DNA of 64,000 bases from Devosia sp. Lineage in GTDB: Bacteria > Pseudomonadota > Alphaproteobacteria > Rhizobiales > Devosiaceae. The notes beneath the pieces were generated by a model, which saw only the letters and a program-made list of their open reading frames with translations, searched no databases and had not been told where the DNA came from. Shown piece by piece: positions 52,140 to 62,113 of this stretch (position 1 is its first letter; each line of letters starts with the position of its first letter). Location of the stretch: positions 37,087 through 101,086 of the forward strand of contig NZ_JAFKHE010000017.1 in the NCBI RefSeq assembly GCF_017307495.1, in the 5' to 3' direction. A program made the position numbers and the translations under genes.

Positions 52140-52934
52140 CTACCCGCTCGTAAAACTGCGCACCAGGGAGCCGGCGACCAGGTGCCAGCCGTCGACCAGC
52201 ACGAAGAAGATCAGCTTGAACGGCAACGAGATCACCACCGGCGGCAGCATCATCATGCCCATCGACATGAGCACGGAGGCCACGACCATGTCGATGATGA
52301 CGAATGGCAGGAAGAGCAGGAAGCCGATCTCGAAGGCGCGGCGCAATTCCGAGATCATGAAGGCCGGGATCAGCGTCTGCAGCGGGATGGCGGTCGGTTC
52401 GGCGGGCGGCTCGGTGCGCGACATGTCGAAGAACAGCTGCAGGTCCTGCTCGCGGACGTTGGCGACCATGAAGGCGTGCACGGGCGCCGCCGAGCGGGTG
52501 AAGGCCTCTTCGATCGGGATGGTGCCGGCGATCAACGGGGCAATGCCGTTGTCGTAGCTCTGCTGCAGCGTCGGGCCCATGACGAACAGCGTCAGGAAAA
52601 GCGCCAGGCTGACCATCACCGAGTTGGGCGGCGCGGTCTGCAGCCCGATTGCGGTGCGCAGCAGCGACAGCACCACGACGATGCGGGTGAAGCTCGTCAC
52701 CATCACCAGGATCGAGGGGGCGAGCGAAAGCAGCGTGATCAGGCCGATGAGCTGGACGGCCCGCTCGGTGATGGTGGTATCGCTGCCGAAGTCGATGGAG
52801 ATGTCCTGGCCCCAGGCCAGGGTCGGCACGAGGATGGCCGCGACGAGGCCGGCGAGGGTCAGCAGGCGCCGGAGCGCCGGACGGTCAACGCGTGTCCGCC
52901 GTGCCTGTGTCTCCGAGATTGCGTTGAGCCCCAA
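52140..52934 (-). CDS. fliP: Flagellar export apparatus protein FliP; start uncertain
   Basis: TSFTRIVVVLSLLRTAIG, PAFMISEL..AFEIGF, MMMLPP. Confidence 0.96.
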   Translation of the reverse strand: MGLNAISETQARRTRVDRPALRRLLTLAGLVAAILVPTLAWGQDISIDFGSDTTITERAVQLIGLITLLSLAPSILVMVTSFTRIVVVLSLLRTAIGLQTAPPNSVMVSLALFLTLFVMGPTLQQSYDNGIAPLIAGTIPIEEAFTRSAAPVHAFMVANVREQDLQLFFDMSRTEPPAEPTAIPLQTLIPAFMISELRRAFEIGFLLFLPFVIIDMVVASVLMSMGMMMLPPVVISLPFKLIFFVLVDGWHLVAGSLVRSFTSG

Positions 52935-53502
52935 ACGCCGTCCGCCCGTTTTCCGCGCCTTGGGGGGTTGTAGCTGAGTCGGTTCCGGGCCGGCCGGAGT
53001 TATCCCCAGCCATCGGCGGCATCGGGATGATGGCGGGCTCCATGGTGCTCACCGGGCGGAGCAGGCCGGTATGGCGCAGCGAGGGGCCCTGGCGCGGAGC
53101 CCCGCCGCGGACGAACTGGCGCAGGCGGTCGATCTCGTTGCGGGTGAGCGAGGGGTTCTGCGGGGGCGGGACTTCGTGCTGGGGCGGACGATGGGCGGCG
53201 GCGGGCGGCCGTTCGACCGGGATGCCGGACTCGATGACGAGGTCGGCCGGGCCGCCGGTGAGGATGAGGTGCTCGACATTGTCGCGGCGGACGATCAGCA
53301 GCTGGCGCCTGGCGTCGACCTGCATGTGATCGATGACGCTGAGACGCCGGTTGCGGCCGCGTCCGACCGCGTTGGTCGAGCGGGACAGCAGCTTGACGAG
53401 CCACAGGCCGAGCACGACCAGCACGAGCACGATGCCCAGTGCGAGCACGGATGTGACGACGGCCCCGGCCGATTCGCCTAGCAAGCTGGTCATGAACTGC
53501 AT
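52885..53502 (-). CDS. fliO: Flagellar protein FliO/FliZ
   Basis: TM helix then RLSVID...DARRQLLIVRRDNVEHLILTGG; GGGGAGAGG RBS; directly upstream of fliP. Confidence 0.85.
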   Translation of the reverse strand: MQFMTSLLGESAGAVVTSVLALGIVLVLVVLGLWLVKLLSRSTNAVGRGRNRRLSVIDHMQVDARRQLLIVRRDNVEHLILTGGPADLVIESGIPVERPPAAAHRPPQHEVPPPQNPSLTRNEIDRLRQFVRGGAPRQGPSLRHTGLLRPVSTMEPAIIPMPPMAGDNSGRPGTDSATTPQGAENGRTAFGAQRNLGDTGTADTR

Positions 53503-53625
53503 CGCCGCCTCTCCCCAAAAACCGGTCCGGGTGGCCATCCGAACGCAGATCAGTGGAACTTATTGCCTATCAATGCGCCGGGATTGTGCAAAATGCGAGA
53601 CATTGCAGCAGCCAGACCGTCGTGG

Positions 53626-53640
53626 TTAACGCCTCGTTAA
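53626..53640. promoter_or_regulatory. Perfect CtrA box upstream of flgB
   Basis: TTAA-CGCCTCG-TTAA. Confidence 0.85.
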
Positions 53641-53687
53641 TACCTGCCCGGCAGGATTTGCCCAGTTGCCGGGGGATTCCTGCCGCC

Positions 53688-54086
53688 ATGAAGATCGGAC
53701 TGCTCGATGCGCTGAGCGAAAAGATGCGCTGGCACCAGGCGCGGCAGACGCTGCTCGCCGAGAACGTCGCCAATGCCGACACGCCCAATTATCGCGGCCG
53801 CGACCTCAAGGCTTTCGGTTTCGAGGAGCACATGCAGCAGCTTTCGGGCGTCAGGATCGCGACCGTCGCGACCCAGCCGGGGCATATCTCGGTGCAGGGC
53901 GTCGGTGCCGACGGGTTCGGCGCGCGCCAGATGAACAGCTTCGAGATCACGCCGGAGGGCAATGGCGTCACGCTCGAGGACGAGATGATGAAGGTGGCGG
54001 GCAACCAGATGGACTACCAGGCGATCACGGCGCTCTACACGCGCTCGATCAAGCTGCTGAAGACGGCACTGGGCAAGCAGGCGTGA
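53688..54086 (+). CDS. flgB: Flagellar basal-body rod protein FlgB
   Basis: RQTLLAENVANADTPNYRGRDL, EGNGVTLEDEM; ATG at 53688. Confidence 0.96.
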   Translation: MKIGLLDALSEKMRWHQARQTLLAENVANADTPNYRGRDLKAFGFEEHMQQLSGVRIATVATQPGHISVQGVGADGFGARQMNSFEITPEGNGVTLEDEMMKVAGNQMDYQAITALYTRSIKLLKTALGKQA

Positions 54087-54090
54087 TGCG

Positions 54091-54504
54091 ATGAACGACT
54101 TCCTCTCCTCCCTCAAGATCGCCGCCACCGGGCTCCATGCGCAGTCGGCGCGCATGCGGGTGATCGCGGAAAACCTCGCCAACGTCGATTCCGCCGGCAA
54201 GACGCCGGACGACGACCCGTACCGGCGCAGGATCCCGACGTTCAAAGCGGTGATGGACAATGAACTGGGTGGCACCAAGGTCGAAATCGGCCGCATCGCC
54301 TACGACCAGTCGGATTTCAGCGAGCGCTACGAGCCGGGGCACCCGGCGGCGGATGCCAGCGGCTACGTGAAGTACCCCAATGTCAACGCGCTGATCGAGA
54401 CGATGGACATGCGCGAGGCGCAGCGCAGCTACGAGGCCAACCTCAACGTCGTCACCGTCACCCGGCAGATGCTGGGATCGACTCTCGACATCCTGCGCGG
54501 CTGA
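54091..54504 (+). CDS. flgC: Flagellar basal-body rod protein FlgC
   Basis: IAENLANVDS, YEPGHPAAD..GYVKYPNVN, RSYEANL. Confidence 0.97.
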   Translation: MNDFLSSLKIAATGLHAQSARMRVIAENLANVDSAGKTPDDDPYRRRIPTFKAVMDNELGGTKVEIGRIAYDQSDFSERYEPGHPAADASGYVKYPNVNALIETMDMREAQRSYEANLNVVTVTRQMLGSTLDILRG

Positions 54505-54520
54505 GTCCGGAGAATCCTAG

Positions 54521-54847
54521 ATGGCCATTCCACTCACTGCCGCGACCTCGGCCTATGCCAACGCGGCCAAGCTGCTCAACCAGGCGGCTAAGCCGCAGGC
54601 CCTGAACCAGGTCGCCGAAGCCGGGCAGGGCAACGACTTCGCCAAGCTCCTCGGCCAGGCCGTGCAGGGCGTGGTCGACAACGGCAAGGCCGCCGACGCC
54701 AAGGCGATGGACATGGTCAACGGCCGCGCCGACATGGTCGACGTGGTGACGGCGATCAGCCAGACCGAGCTGGCCATGGACACCATGGTCGCGGTGCGCG
54801 ACCGGGTGATCTCGGCATACGAGGAAATCATGCGGATGCCGATCTGA
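54521..54847 (+). CDS. fliE: Flagellar hook-basal body protein FliE
   Basis: VAVRDRVISAYEEIMRMPI. Confidence 0.96.
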   Translation: MAIPLTAATSAYANAAKLLNQAAKPQALNQVAEAGQGNDFAKLLGQAVQGVVDNGKAADAKAMDMVNGRADMVDVVTAISQTELAMDTMVAVRDRVISAYEEIMRMPI

Positions 54848-54922
54848 GCGGGCAGCGACTCGCGGTAAGCCTGTCGGCACGCATGGGCCGTTGAAATGCA
54901 TCAGACTCTCCTCACCGCAGTT

Positions 54923-55050
54923 GTCATCCCCGCGAAAGCGGGGATCCAGGCTTCCGCAGGCGCGTGGGGAGAGACGGATTCCGGCTTTCGCCGGAATGAC
55001 ACCGGGGGTGGGATGAAGGGCGTCGAGGTTCCCGCCTTCGCGGGAATGAC
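54923..55050. repeat. Three REP-like units (family A) inside the fliE-fliQ gap
   Basis: GTCATCCCCGCGAAAGCGGGGATCC..., GGATTCCGGCTTTCGCCGGAATGAC, GGTTCCCGCCTTCGCGGGAATGAC. Confidence 0.88.
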
Positions 55051-55083
55051 CCGGTGGGTCGGGGAAGCGCGGAGAGCCGGCGC

Positions 55084-55350
55084 ATGACCGGGCCGGCAGT
55101 GCTCGATATCGCCCGCGAGGGCATCTGGGCGATGATCCTGATCGGCGGGCCGGTCATGGGCGTGGGGCTGGTCGTGGGCGTGGTGATCGCGCTGTTCCAG
55201 GCGCTGACCCAGATCCAGGAGCAGACGCTGGTCTTCGTGCCCAAGATCCTCGCGATCTTCATCACCATGCTGCTGACCCTGCCGTTCATGGGCGCGGTGC
55301 TGGGCGGCTACATGAACCGGATCGTCGACATGATCATGATCGGCGGCTGA
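55084..55350 (+). CDS. fliQ: Flagellar export protein FliQ
   Basis: FQALTQIQEQTLVFVPKI; ATG at 55084. Confidence 0.96.
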   Translation: MTGPAVLDIAREGIWAMILIGGPVMGVGLVVGVVIALFQALTQIQEQTLVFVPKILAIFITMLLTLPFMGAVLGGYMNRIVDMIMIGG

Positions 55351-55352
55351 CC

Positions 55353-56120
55353 ATGATCTCGCTCAACTGGCTGCCCGGCACGGCCTATGTGTACCTGGTG
55401 ATCTTCGCGCGCATCGGCTCGATGCTGATGCTGATCCCGGCGCTGGGCGAGGCGACCATCCCGGCGCGGATGCGGCTGGGGTTCGCGCTGGCCATGGCCG
55501 CGGTGCTCTATCCGCTGGTCTCGGACCAGATCCCGGCCCTGCCGGGCGAACTGCTCGGCGTGGTGGCGATCGTCGTGCACGAGATCGTCATCGGGCTGAT
55601 CCTGGGCAGCATTGCGCGGCTCGCCGTGTCCGGCACGCAGACGGCCGGCGCGGTGATCGCACAGGCCTCCGGCCTGGCGCTGGCGCAGGCGGCGGACCCG
55701 ACCAACGGCGGGACGCAGGGCGTGCTGATCGGCGCCTTCCTGTCCATGCTGGGGATCGCGCTGATCTTTGCCACGGACCTGCATCACGTGGCGCTCTCGG
55801 CGGTGCACGACAGCTACATGATCTTCACGCCGCGCGAGCCGCTGATGTTCGGCGACACGGCGCAGATGGTGATCGACACCGTCGCCGGGGCTTTCGTCGT
55901 CGGCGTGCAGATGTCGGCGCCGTTCATCGTGTTCGGGCTGGTGTTCAACCTGGGCATGGGCATCCTCAGCCGGCTGATGCCGCAACTGCAGGTCTATTTC
56001 CTTGCCATGCCGGCGACGGTCGGCATCGGGCTGATCCTCATGGCGCTGCTCATCACGATGATGATGGGTCTCTACCTGACGCATTTCGAAGGCGTGCTTG
56101 CCACGCTGCGGGGCGCCTAG
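55353..56120 (+). CDS. fliR: Flagellar export protein FliR
   Basis: FARIGSMLMLIP, LSRLMPQLQVYFLAMP. Confidence 0.95.
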   Translation: MISLNWLPGTAYVYLVIFARIGSMLMLIPALGEATIPARMRLGFALAMAAVLYPLVSDQIPALPGELLGVVAIVVHEIVIGLILGSIARLAVSGTQTAGAVIAQASGLALAQAADPTNGGTQGVLIGAFLSMLGIALIFATDLHHVALSAVHDSYMIFTPREPLMFGDTAQMVIDTVAGAFVVGVQMSAPFIVFGLVFNLGMGILSRLMPQLQVYFLAMPATVGIGLILMALLITMMMGLYLTHFEGVLATLRGA

Positions 56121-57206
56121 GTGAGCGACGAGGCCCCGGAACAGGAACAGAAAACCGAAGACCCTTCGGAACGAAAGCTCCGCGAGGCCCAGGAGAAGGG
56201 CAATGTGGTCAAGAGCCAGGAGGTCAATACCTGGTTCATCCTGTCCGGCTCGGCGCTGGTGTTCGCCATGATGGCCGGCCCGACCAGCCAGAGTTTGGTC
56301 TCCAGCCTCAGGGTCCTGCTCGAGAATGCCGAGAAGTTCGAGGTCGGAAGCCAGGCGCTGCAGGCGTTCTGGGGCAGTCTCGCGGGCTCGATCCTGCTCG
56401 TCGCGCTGCTGCCCTCGATCGTGCTGGCGGTGTTCGGCGTCGCCGCCAACCTCGTCCAGCATCGGCCGCTGCTGTCGCTGGAGCCGCTGAAGCCCAAGTT
56501 CAGCAAGATCAACCCGCTCGAAGGCGCCAAGCGCCTGTTCGGGGTCGAGGCGCTGGTCAATTTCGCCAAGGGGCTGGTCAAGCTGGCCGTGGTCTCGGCC
56601 GTGCTGTGGTTCGTGCTGGCGCCGCAGGTCGACAGCCTCGAGAACCTGATCAGGCTCGAGCCGGGGATGATCGTCCGCGACTTCATGGACCTGAGCCTGA
56701 AGATCTTCGGGGCGGTGCTGTCGGTGGTGACGATCATCGCCATCGCCGACTACCTGTACCAGCGCAACCGCTGGTGGAACCGGCTGAAGATGACGGTGCA
56801 GGAGACGCGCGACGAGTACAAACAGCAGGAGGGCGACCCCAAGGTCAAGGGCCGCATCCGGCAGGTGCGCATGGAGCGCAGCCGCAAGCGCATGATGGCG
56901 GCGGTGCCCAAGGCCACGGTGGTGATCACCAACCCGACCCACTTCGCGGTGGCGCTCAAGTACGACCGCGACATGGCGGCGCCGCAATGCGTGGCCAAGG
57001 GCGCCGACGCCATCGCGTTCCGCATCCGCGAACTGGCCAAGGCGAACGACGTGCCGATCGTCGAGAACCCGCCGCTGGCGCGCGCGCTCTATGCTGCGGT
57101 CGACATCGACCAGACGATCCCCGGGGAGCACTTCAAGGCGGTGGCCGAAGTGATCGGGTTCGTGATGCGGCTCAAGCGATCCGGGGGCTGGAAAGCCTCC
57201 GGCTAG
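56121..57206 (+). CDS. flhB: Flagellar export protein FlhB
   Basis: KTEDPSERKL, EYKQQEGDP.VK, ITNPTHFAVAL (autocleavage site). Confidence 0.97.
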   Translation: MSDEAPEQEQKTEDPSERKLREAQEKGNVVKSQEVNTWFILSGSALVFAMMAGPTSQSLVSSLRVLLENAEKFEVGSQALQAFWGSLAGSILLVALLPSIVLAVFGVAANLVQHRPLLSLEPLKPKFSKINPLEGAKRLFGVEALVNFAKGLVKLAVVSAVLWFVLAPQVDSLENLIRLEPGMIVRDFMDLSLKIFGAVLSVVTIIAIADYLYQRNRWWNRLKMTVQETRDEYKQQEGDPKVKGRIRQVRMERSRKRMMAAVPKATVVITNPTHFAVALKYDRDMAAPQCVAKGADAIAFRIRELAKANDVPIVENPPLARALYAAVDIDQTIPGEHFKAVAEVIGFVMRLKRSGGWKASG

Positions 57207-57336
57207 CACAATGCCGCCCCAAAAGGGCCGCGGCTGCCGGGGATAACGCCATTGCCGCTACCCAAGCGTCAAACCCATTTGCTAGACCTCTAGGAAGGCC
57301 GATTCGGCGCGATTTCCCCTGGGGCACCACCAGCGC

Positions 57337-59895
57337 ATGGCACCTCTGCCGCTCGACGAGGACAACTATCCCACTCCGCTGGTGAGCCGGGGCCGGCCGG
57401 TGTCGGGATTGTGGCGGGTGGTGGCGCTGGCGGCGTTCTTCATCGCCGTCGCGGTGCTGATCGCGACGCTGGGCGACGAGATCCCCGCCGACCTGATCCT
57501 GGTGTTCCTGGGCCTGCTGGCCGTGGTGGGCGTGTTCTGCCTGTTCGCCATCGCGGCGGGCCTGTTCCGATTCTCGGCCAGCGACGATACCCGGACGCTG
57601 AGCCGGGCGGTGGTCGACAGCCTGCCGTTCGGGGCGCTGGTGACCGACCGGTTCGGCAAGATCAGCTACGTCAACGCGCATTACGGCGAGTTTCCCGGCG
57701 GGGTGACCGACGGCGTCCCGGTGTCGGTGCCGCGGCTGTTCGCCGGCGAGCCGGAGGCGGCCGAGGCGATCTACCGGCTGGCGCGGGCGGCCCGCGACGG
57801 GCGTCCCGCCATGGAGGACCTCCGCATCATCGGTGGCGTGGGCGGCTCGGCCGGCGGCTCGAGCAAGCCGTTCTGGTATCGCGTCGCGGTGCGGGCGCTG
57901 CCCTCGATCGGCGAGGGCGGCAAGCCGCTGGTGCTGTGGACGGTCGAGGACATCACGCGCGACCGCGAGCGGCAGGACCATGCCTTCGTCGAGCTGCAGC
58001 GGGCCATCGATTATCTCGACCATGCGCCGGCCGGCTTCTTCTCGGCCGATGCGCAGGGCAGGGTGCAGTACCTCAACTCGACGCTGGCCGACTGGCTGGG
58101 CTACGACCTGGCCGAGTTCGAATCGTCGGCGATCCGGCTCGAGGACATCGTGCGCGGCGACGGCGCCAGCCTGTTGATGCGCGGCCGGGCCGACGGCGAG
58201 ATTCGCACGGAAATCATCGACATCGACCTGGTGCGGCGCAACGGCACGAGCTTTCCGGTACGGCTGATGCACCGGGCGGCGCGGTTGGCCGACGGCGAAC
58301 TGGGCGAGACGCGCACGCTGGTGCTCGACCGGCGCCAGGGGGCCGACAAGGAAGAGGCGCTCAGGGCCTCGGAAGTGCGGTTCTCGCGCTTCTTCAACGA
58401 CACCCCGTTCGCCATCGCGACGCTCGACCAGGCCGGGCGGATCGTCAGGACCAACGCGCCGTTCAGCCGGATCTTCGACTGGCACGGCAACGACAAGTCG
58501 ATCGACATGCAGCCGATGGTGCAGCTGCTTGCCGAGACCAACCGGGAAGCGTTCGAGAAGGGACTGTCGGCAGCGCTCGCCAGCCGCTCGGAGATCGACC
58601 CGGTGGACGCGACCCTCGCCGGGGCGAGCGACCATGCGGTGCGGCTCTACATTTCCGGCTCGGAGGGCGGCGAGGGGGCCGACGAGCGGATCAACGTCTA
58701 TGCGCTCGACATGACCGAGCAGCGCAAGCTCGAGGCGCAGTTCGCGCAGGGCCAGAAGATGCAGGCGGTGGGCCAGCTCGCCGGCGGCGTGGCGCACGAC
58801 TTCAACAACGTGCTGACCGCCATCATCGGCTTCACCGACCTGCTGCTCCTGAAGCACAAGCCGGGCGATCCGTCCTTCGCCGACCTGATGTCGATCAAGA
58901 ACAGCGCCAATCGCGCGGCCGGCCTGACGCGCCAGTTGCTGGCGTTCTCGCGCCGGCAGACGCTGCGGCCGCAGGTGCTGGAGGTGCCGGGGCATCTCGA
59001 CGACCTGACGGTGCTGCTCAAGCGCCTGATCGGCGAGCAGATCACGCTCGGGGTCGAGCACGCGGCCAATGTCTGGCCGGTCAAGGCGGACCTGGTGCAG
59101 CTCGAGCAGGTGGTGGTCAACCTCGTGGTCAACGCGCGCGACGCCATGCCGAACGGCGGCAGCATCTCCATCCGGACCCGCAATGTCACCGAGCAGGAGG
59201 CGGCGGGGTTCACCTATCGGGGCATGCCGCCGGCCGACTACGTGCTGATCGAGGTCGAGGATGCCGGCACCGGCATGCCGGCGGAGATCATGGAGAAGAT
59301 CTTCGAGCCGTTCTTCTCGACCAAGGAACTGGGCAAGGGGACGGGGCTTGGGCTCTCGACGGTCTATGGCATCGTCAAGCAGAGCTCGGGCTTCATCTAT
59401 GTCGACTCCGTGGTCGGCAAGGGCACGACCTTCCGCATCTTCCTGCCGCGCCACGTGCCGACCGAGGGCGAAGCACCGGTCAAGCAGGCGGTGGCGCAGG
59501 TCAAGGACCTGACCGGGCACGAGCGCATCCTGCTCGTCGAGGACGAGGACTCGGTGCGGGCCTTCTCGGCGCGGGCGCTGAGGACGACCGGCTACGAGGT
59601 ATTCGAGGCCGACAGCGGCGACGAAGCGCTCGATGTGCTCGAGGAGCTCGACTACCAGATCGACCTGATGATCTCGGACGTGGTGATGCCCGAAATGGAC
59701 GGGCCGACGCTGCTCAACCACGTGCGCGAGCGCATGCCCACGCTCAAGGTCATCTTCGTTTCCGGCTATGCCGAGGAAAGCGTGCGCCAGGACATCGCCG
59801 ACAACCAGAGCGTCGAGTTCCTGCCCAAGCCCTATTCGCTCGACCAGATCAATTCCAAGGTCAAGGACGTGCTGGGCAAGGTCGACAAGGAATAG
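57337..59895 (+). CDS. cckA: Hybrid PAS histidine kinase CckA
   Basis: Two TM helices, PAS repeats, [12 protein letters not shown]-box, GKGTGLGLS, receiver ISDVVMP; position after flhB. Confidence 0.9.
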   Translation: MAPLPLDEDNYPTPLVSRGRPVSGLWRVVALAAFFIAVAVLIATLGDEIPADLILVFLGLLAVVGVFCLFAIAAGLFRFSASDDTRTLSRAVVDSLPFGALVTDRFGKISYVNAHYGEFPGGVTDGVPVSVPRLFAGEPEAAEAIYRLARAARDGRPAMEDLRIIGGVGGSAGGSSKPFWYRVAVRALPSIGEGGKPLVLWTVEDITRDRERQDHAFVELQRAIDYLDHAPAGFFSADAQGRVQYLNSTLADWLGYDLAEFESSAIRLEDIVRGDGASLLMRGRADGEIRTEIIDIDLVRRNGTSFPVRLMHRAARLADGELGETRTLVLDRRQGADKEEALRASEVRFSRFFNDTPFAIATLDQAGRIVRTNAPFSRIFDWHGNDKSIDMQPMVQLLAETNREAFEKGLSAALASRSEIDPVDATLAGASDHAVRLYISGSEGGEGADERINVYALDMTEQRKLEAQFAQGQKMQAVGQLAGGVAHDFNNVLTAIIGFTDLLLLKHKPGDPSFADLMSIKNSANRAAGLTRQLLAFSRRQTLRPQVLEVPGHLDDLTVLLKRLIGEQITLGVEHAANVWPVKADLVQLEQVVVNLVVNARDAMPNGGSISIRTRNVTEQEAAGFTYRGMPPADYVLIEVEDAGTGMPAEIMEKIFEPFFSTKELGKGTGLGLSTVYGIVKQSSGFIYVDSVVGKGTTFRIFLPRHVPTEGEAPVKQAVAQVKDLTGHERILLVEDEDSVRAFSARALRTTGYEVFEADSGDEALDVLEELDYQIDLMISDVVMPEMDGPTLLNHVRERMPTLKVIFVSGYAEESVRQDIADNQSVEFLPKPYSLDQINSKVKDVLGKVDKE

Positions 59896-60636
59896 TCAGC
59901 GCGGGAGCCGGTCCCTGACCTTGCGTACGACGTCGCGGTTGGTCAGGTCGTAGCGGTCCTCGGGCGGATAGAGCGCGAAGCCGAAATAGACATGCGGGCG
60001 GTGGGCGGTCGAGGTGTCCGGCTGCGGCTTGAAGCTCGCCATGTGCACCTGGTCGGCGCCGGTATAGCTGACGACGTTGGCGGCGGTCTGCGGGGTGACG
60101 CCGCCCGGCAGGATCTCGATGCGGCCCCTGGCATGGGCGACCAGCTCGCGGATGACCTCGATGCCCTCGGCGGCCGAGTTCTCCTGGCCGGCGGTGAGGA
60201 CGCGCTTGAAGCCGAGCTCGATGAGGCTGTCGAGGGCCTTGAACGGATCGGGCGTCACGTCGAGGGCGCGGTGGAAGACGATCTCGGTGTCGCCGGCAGC
60301 GCGGATCACCCGCTCGCAGGCCTTCTCGTCGACGGTGCCGTCGGGCTTGAGGATGCCGAAGACGATGCCGTCGGTGCCGTGCTCGACCGCGAGGCGGGCG
60401 TCGTGCAGCATGGCCTCGATTTCGACTTCGCTGTAGCAGAAGCCGGCGCCGCGCGGGCGGATCATGGTGATCACCGGGATCGACAGCCGTTTCCTAGCTT
60501 CGATGAGGCTGCCGAGCGTCGGCGTCAGGCCGCCGAGGAAGATCGCCGAGTTCAGCTCTACCCGGTCGGCGCCACCCGCCTCGGCTTCGATGGCGTCGTC
60601 GACCGAACCGCAGCAGACTTCGAGCAGGTAGCGCAT
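59896..60636 (-). CDS. cutC: Copper homeostasis protein CutC family
   Basis: LEVCCGS, GADRVEL..GGLTPTLG, MIRPRG..FCYS, VFHRALD, VLTAG. Confidence 0.92.
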   Translation of the reverse strand: MRYLLEVCCGSVDDAIEAEAGGADRVELNSAIFLGGLTPTLGSLIEARKRLSIPVITMIRPRGAGFCYSEVEIEAMLHDARLAVEHGTDGIVFGILKPDGTVDEKACERVIRAAGDTEIVFHRALDVTPDPFKALDSLIELGFKRVLTAGQENSAAEGIEVIRELVAHARGRIEILPGGVTPQTAANVVSYTGADQVHMASFKPQPDTSTAHRPHVYFGFALYPPEDRYDLTNRDVVRKVRDRLPR

Positions 60637-60764
60637 GGGGGCCTCACAGGTACGAGGACCTACCGTTAGCGTCGGGCGGGCGGTGCGGCGATGCGCTGCC
60701 GTTCCGTCGGGAGGAACTTGCGAACGGCGTGGCAAAAGCGGCGGCGGGAGCCTATATCGCTGGC

Positions 60765-61958
60765 ATGGACAGCACCCTTGCCAAGATCGACCAGTTCCTC
60801 GCCGCACTCGACGCCTCGGTCGCCGACGGCAGTTTCGTGCGGCTGGCCTTGCGGATGCCGTGCGGCGCGGACGAGACGCTGAAGAGCATCGACGTCAAGC
60901 CGGCGACGATCCGCGACCAGCTCAAGCTGAGTTTCACCTTCCACCACCAGACCCGCGACCTGACGCAGAACCATCCGCCGGCCGGGGCGATCGGGCAGCT
61001 CAGGAAGCTGGTGGAGAAGGATTTCCGGCAGGCCTTCCTCTACACCACCGCTTTCGACCTCAGCTATGACGCGCAGGGCAAGTCGCCGCGGCTGAAGCAG
61101 TCGGTGGCGACCAGCAAGGCCCCGGCGACGCTGGCCCACGACCGGGAGAAGACCCGCTCGATCAAGGCCGAGGGAACGCCGTGGCTGACGGCCCTCGGCG
61201 TGACCGGCGCCGACGGGCAGGTGCTGAAGGCGTCCGGCGACAAGTTCCGTCAGATCAACCGCTATGTCGAAATCCTGGGGCCGCTGCTCAAGGCCATCCC
61301 GGCGGAGCGGCTGCACAAGGTCGTCGACATGGGCGCCGGCAAGGGCTACCTGACCTTCGCGGTGGCCGACTATCTCAAGCAGGTGCTGCACCGGCCGACC
61401 GAGGTGGTGGGTGTCGAGTTCCGGCCTGACCTCGTCGCGTTCTGCAACGAGACGGCGGACGAGACCGGCACGGACAACCTGAGCTTTGCCCAGGGGACGA
61501 TCGAGAGTTTCGACTCAACCGGGGCCGACGCGCTGATCGCGCTGCATGCCTGCGACACGGCGACCGACGACGCGATCGCCAAAGGGATCGCCGCCGGTTC
61601 CGAGCTGATCGTCGTCGCACCGTGCTGCCACAAGCAGATCCGGCGCGAGATGGAGACCTCGAACCACCCCAACGCGCTCGATTTCGTCACCCGGCACGGC
61701 ATCTTCCTCGAGCGGCAGGCCGAGATGGTCACCGACGCGATGCGGGCCATGATCCTCGAGCATTTCGGCTATTCGACCAAGGTGTTCGAGTTCGTCTCGG
61801 ACGTTCATACGCCCAAGAACGTGCTGATCGTCGCGACGAAGACGAAGCGCGGCAAGGACGCGGGGGCGCTGAAGAAGCTCGCGGAAGCGAAGGAGTTTTT
61901 CGGCATCCGCCGGCACTATCTCGAGGGCGCGGTGGGGCTTTCTTCCCTCTCCCCTTGA
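60765..61958 (+). CDS. SAM-dependent methyltransferase (Methyltransf_32-like)
   Basis: KFRQINRY, VVDMGAGKGYLTF, ALHACDTATD, APCCH, HTPKNVLI. Confidence 0.9.
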   Translation: MDSTLAKIDQFLAALDASVADGSFVRLALRMPCGADETLKSIDVKPATIRDQLKLSFTFHHQTRDLTQNHPPAGAIGQLRKLVEKDFRQAFLYTTAFDLSYDAQGKSPRLKQSVATSKAPATLAHDREKTRSIKAEGTPWLTALGVTGADGQVLKASGDKFRQINRYVEILGPLLKAIPAERLHKVVDMGAGKGYLTFAVADYLKQVLHRPTEVVGVEFRPDLVAFCNETADETGTDNLSFAQGTIESFDSTGADALIALHACDTATDDAIAKGIAAGSELIVVAPCCHKQIRREMETSNHPNALDFVTRHGIFLERQAEMVTDAMRAMILEHFGYSTKVFEFVSDVHTPKNVLIVATKTKRGKDAGALKKLAEAKEFFGIRRHYLEGAVGLSSLSP

Positions 61959-62094
61959 GGGAGAGGGTGGCTCGGTGAAGCCGAGACGGGTGAGGGGAAG
62001 GTCGCTCCTCGCTGCCGCTCGAAACGGGCTACGCTACGCTGCGCCACCCCTCATCCGGCGCTTCGCGCCACCTTCTCCCCTCAAGGGGAGAAGG
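61945..62094. repeat. Full-length MITE/REP-like element, family C
   Basis: CCCTCTCCCCTTGAGGGAGAGGG...CGGGTGAGGGG and CCCCTCATCCGG...CCTTCTCCCCTCAAGGGGAGAAGG arms. Confidence 0.85.
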
Positions 62095-62113
62095 AAGGCG
62101 GTGAGGCCAGTGC

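Noticed and set aside
52140-57206. Non-flagellar type III secretion system
   Set aside because: The export genes are interleaved with flgB, flgC, fliE and rod/ring genes, so this is a flagellum
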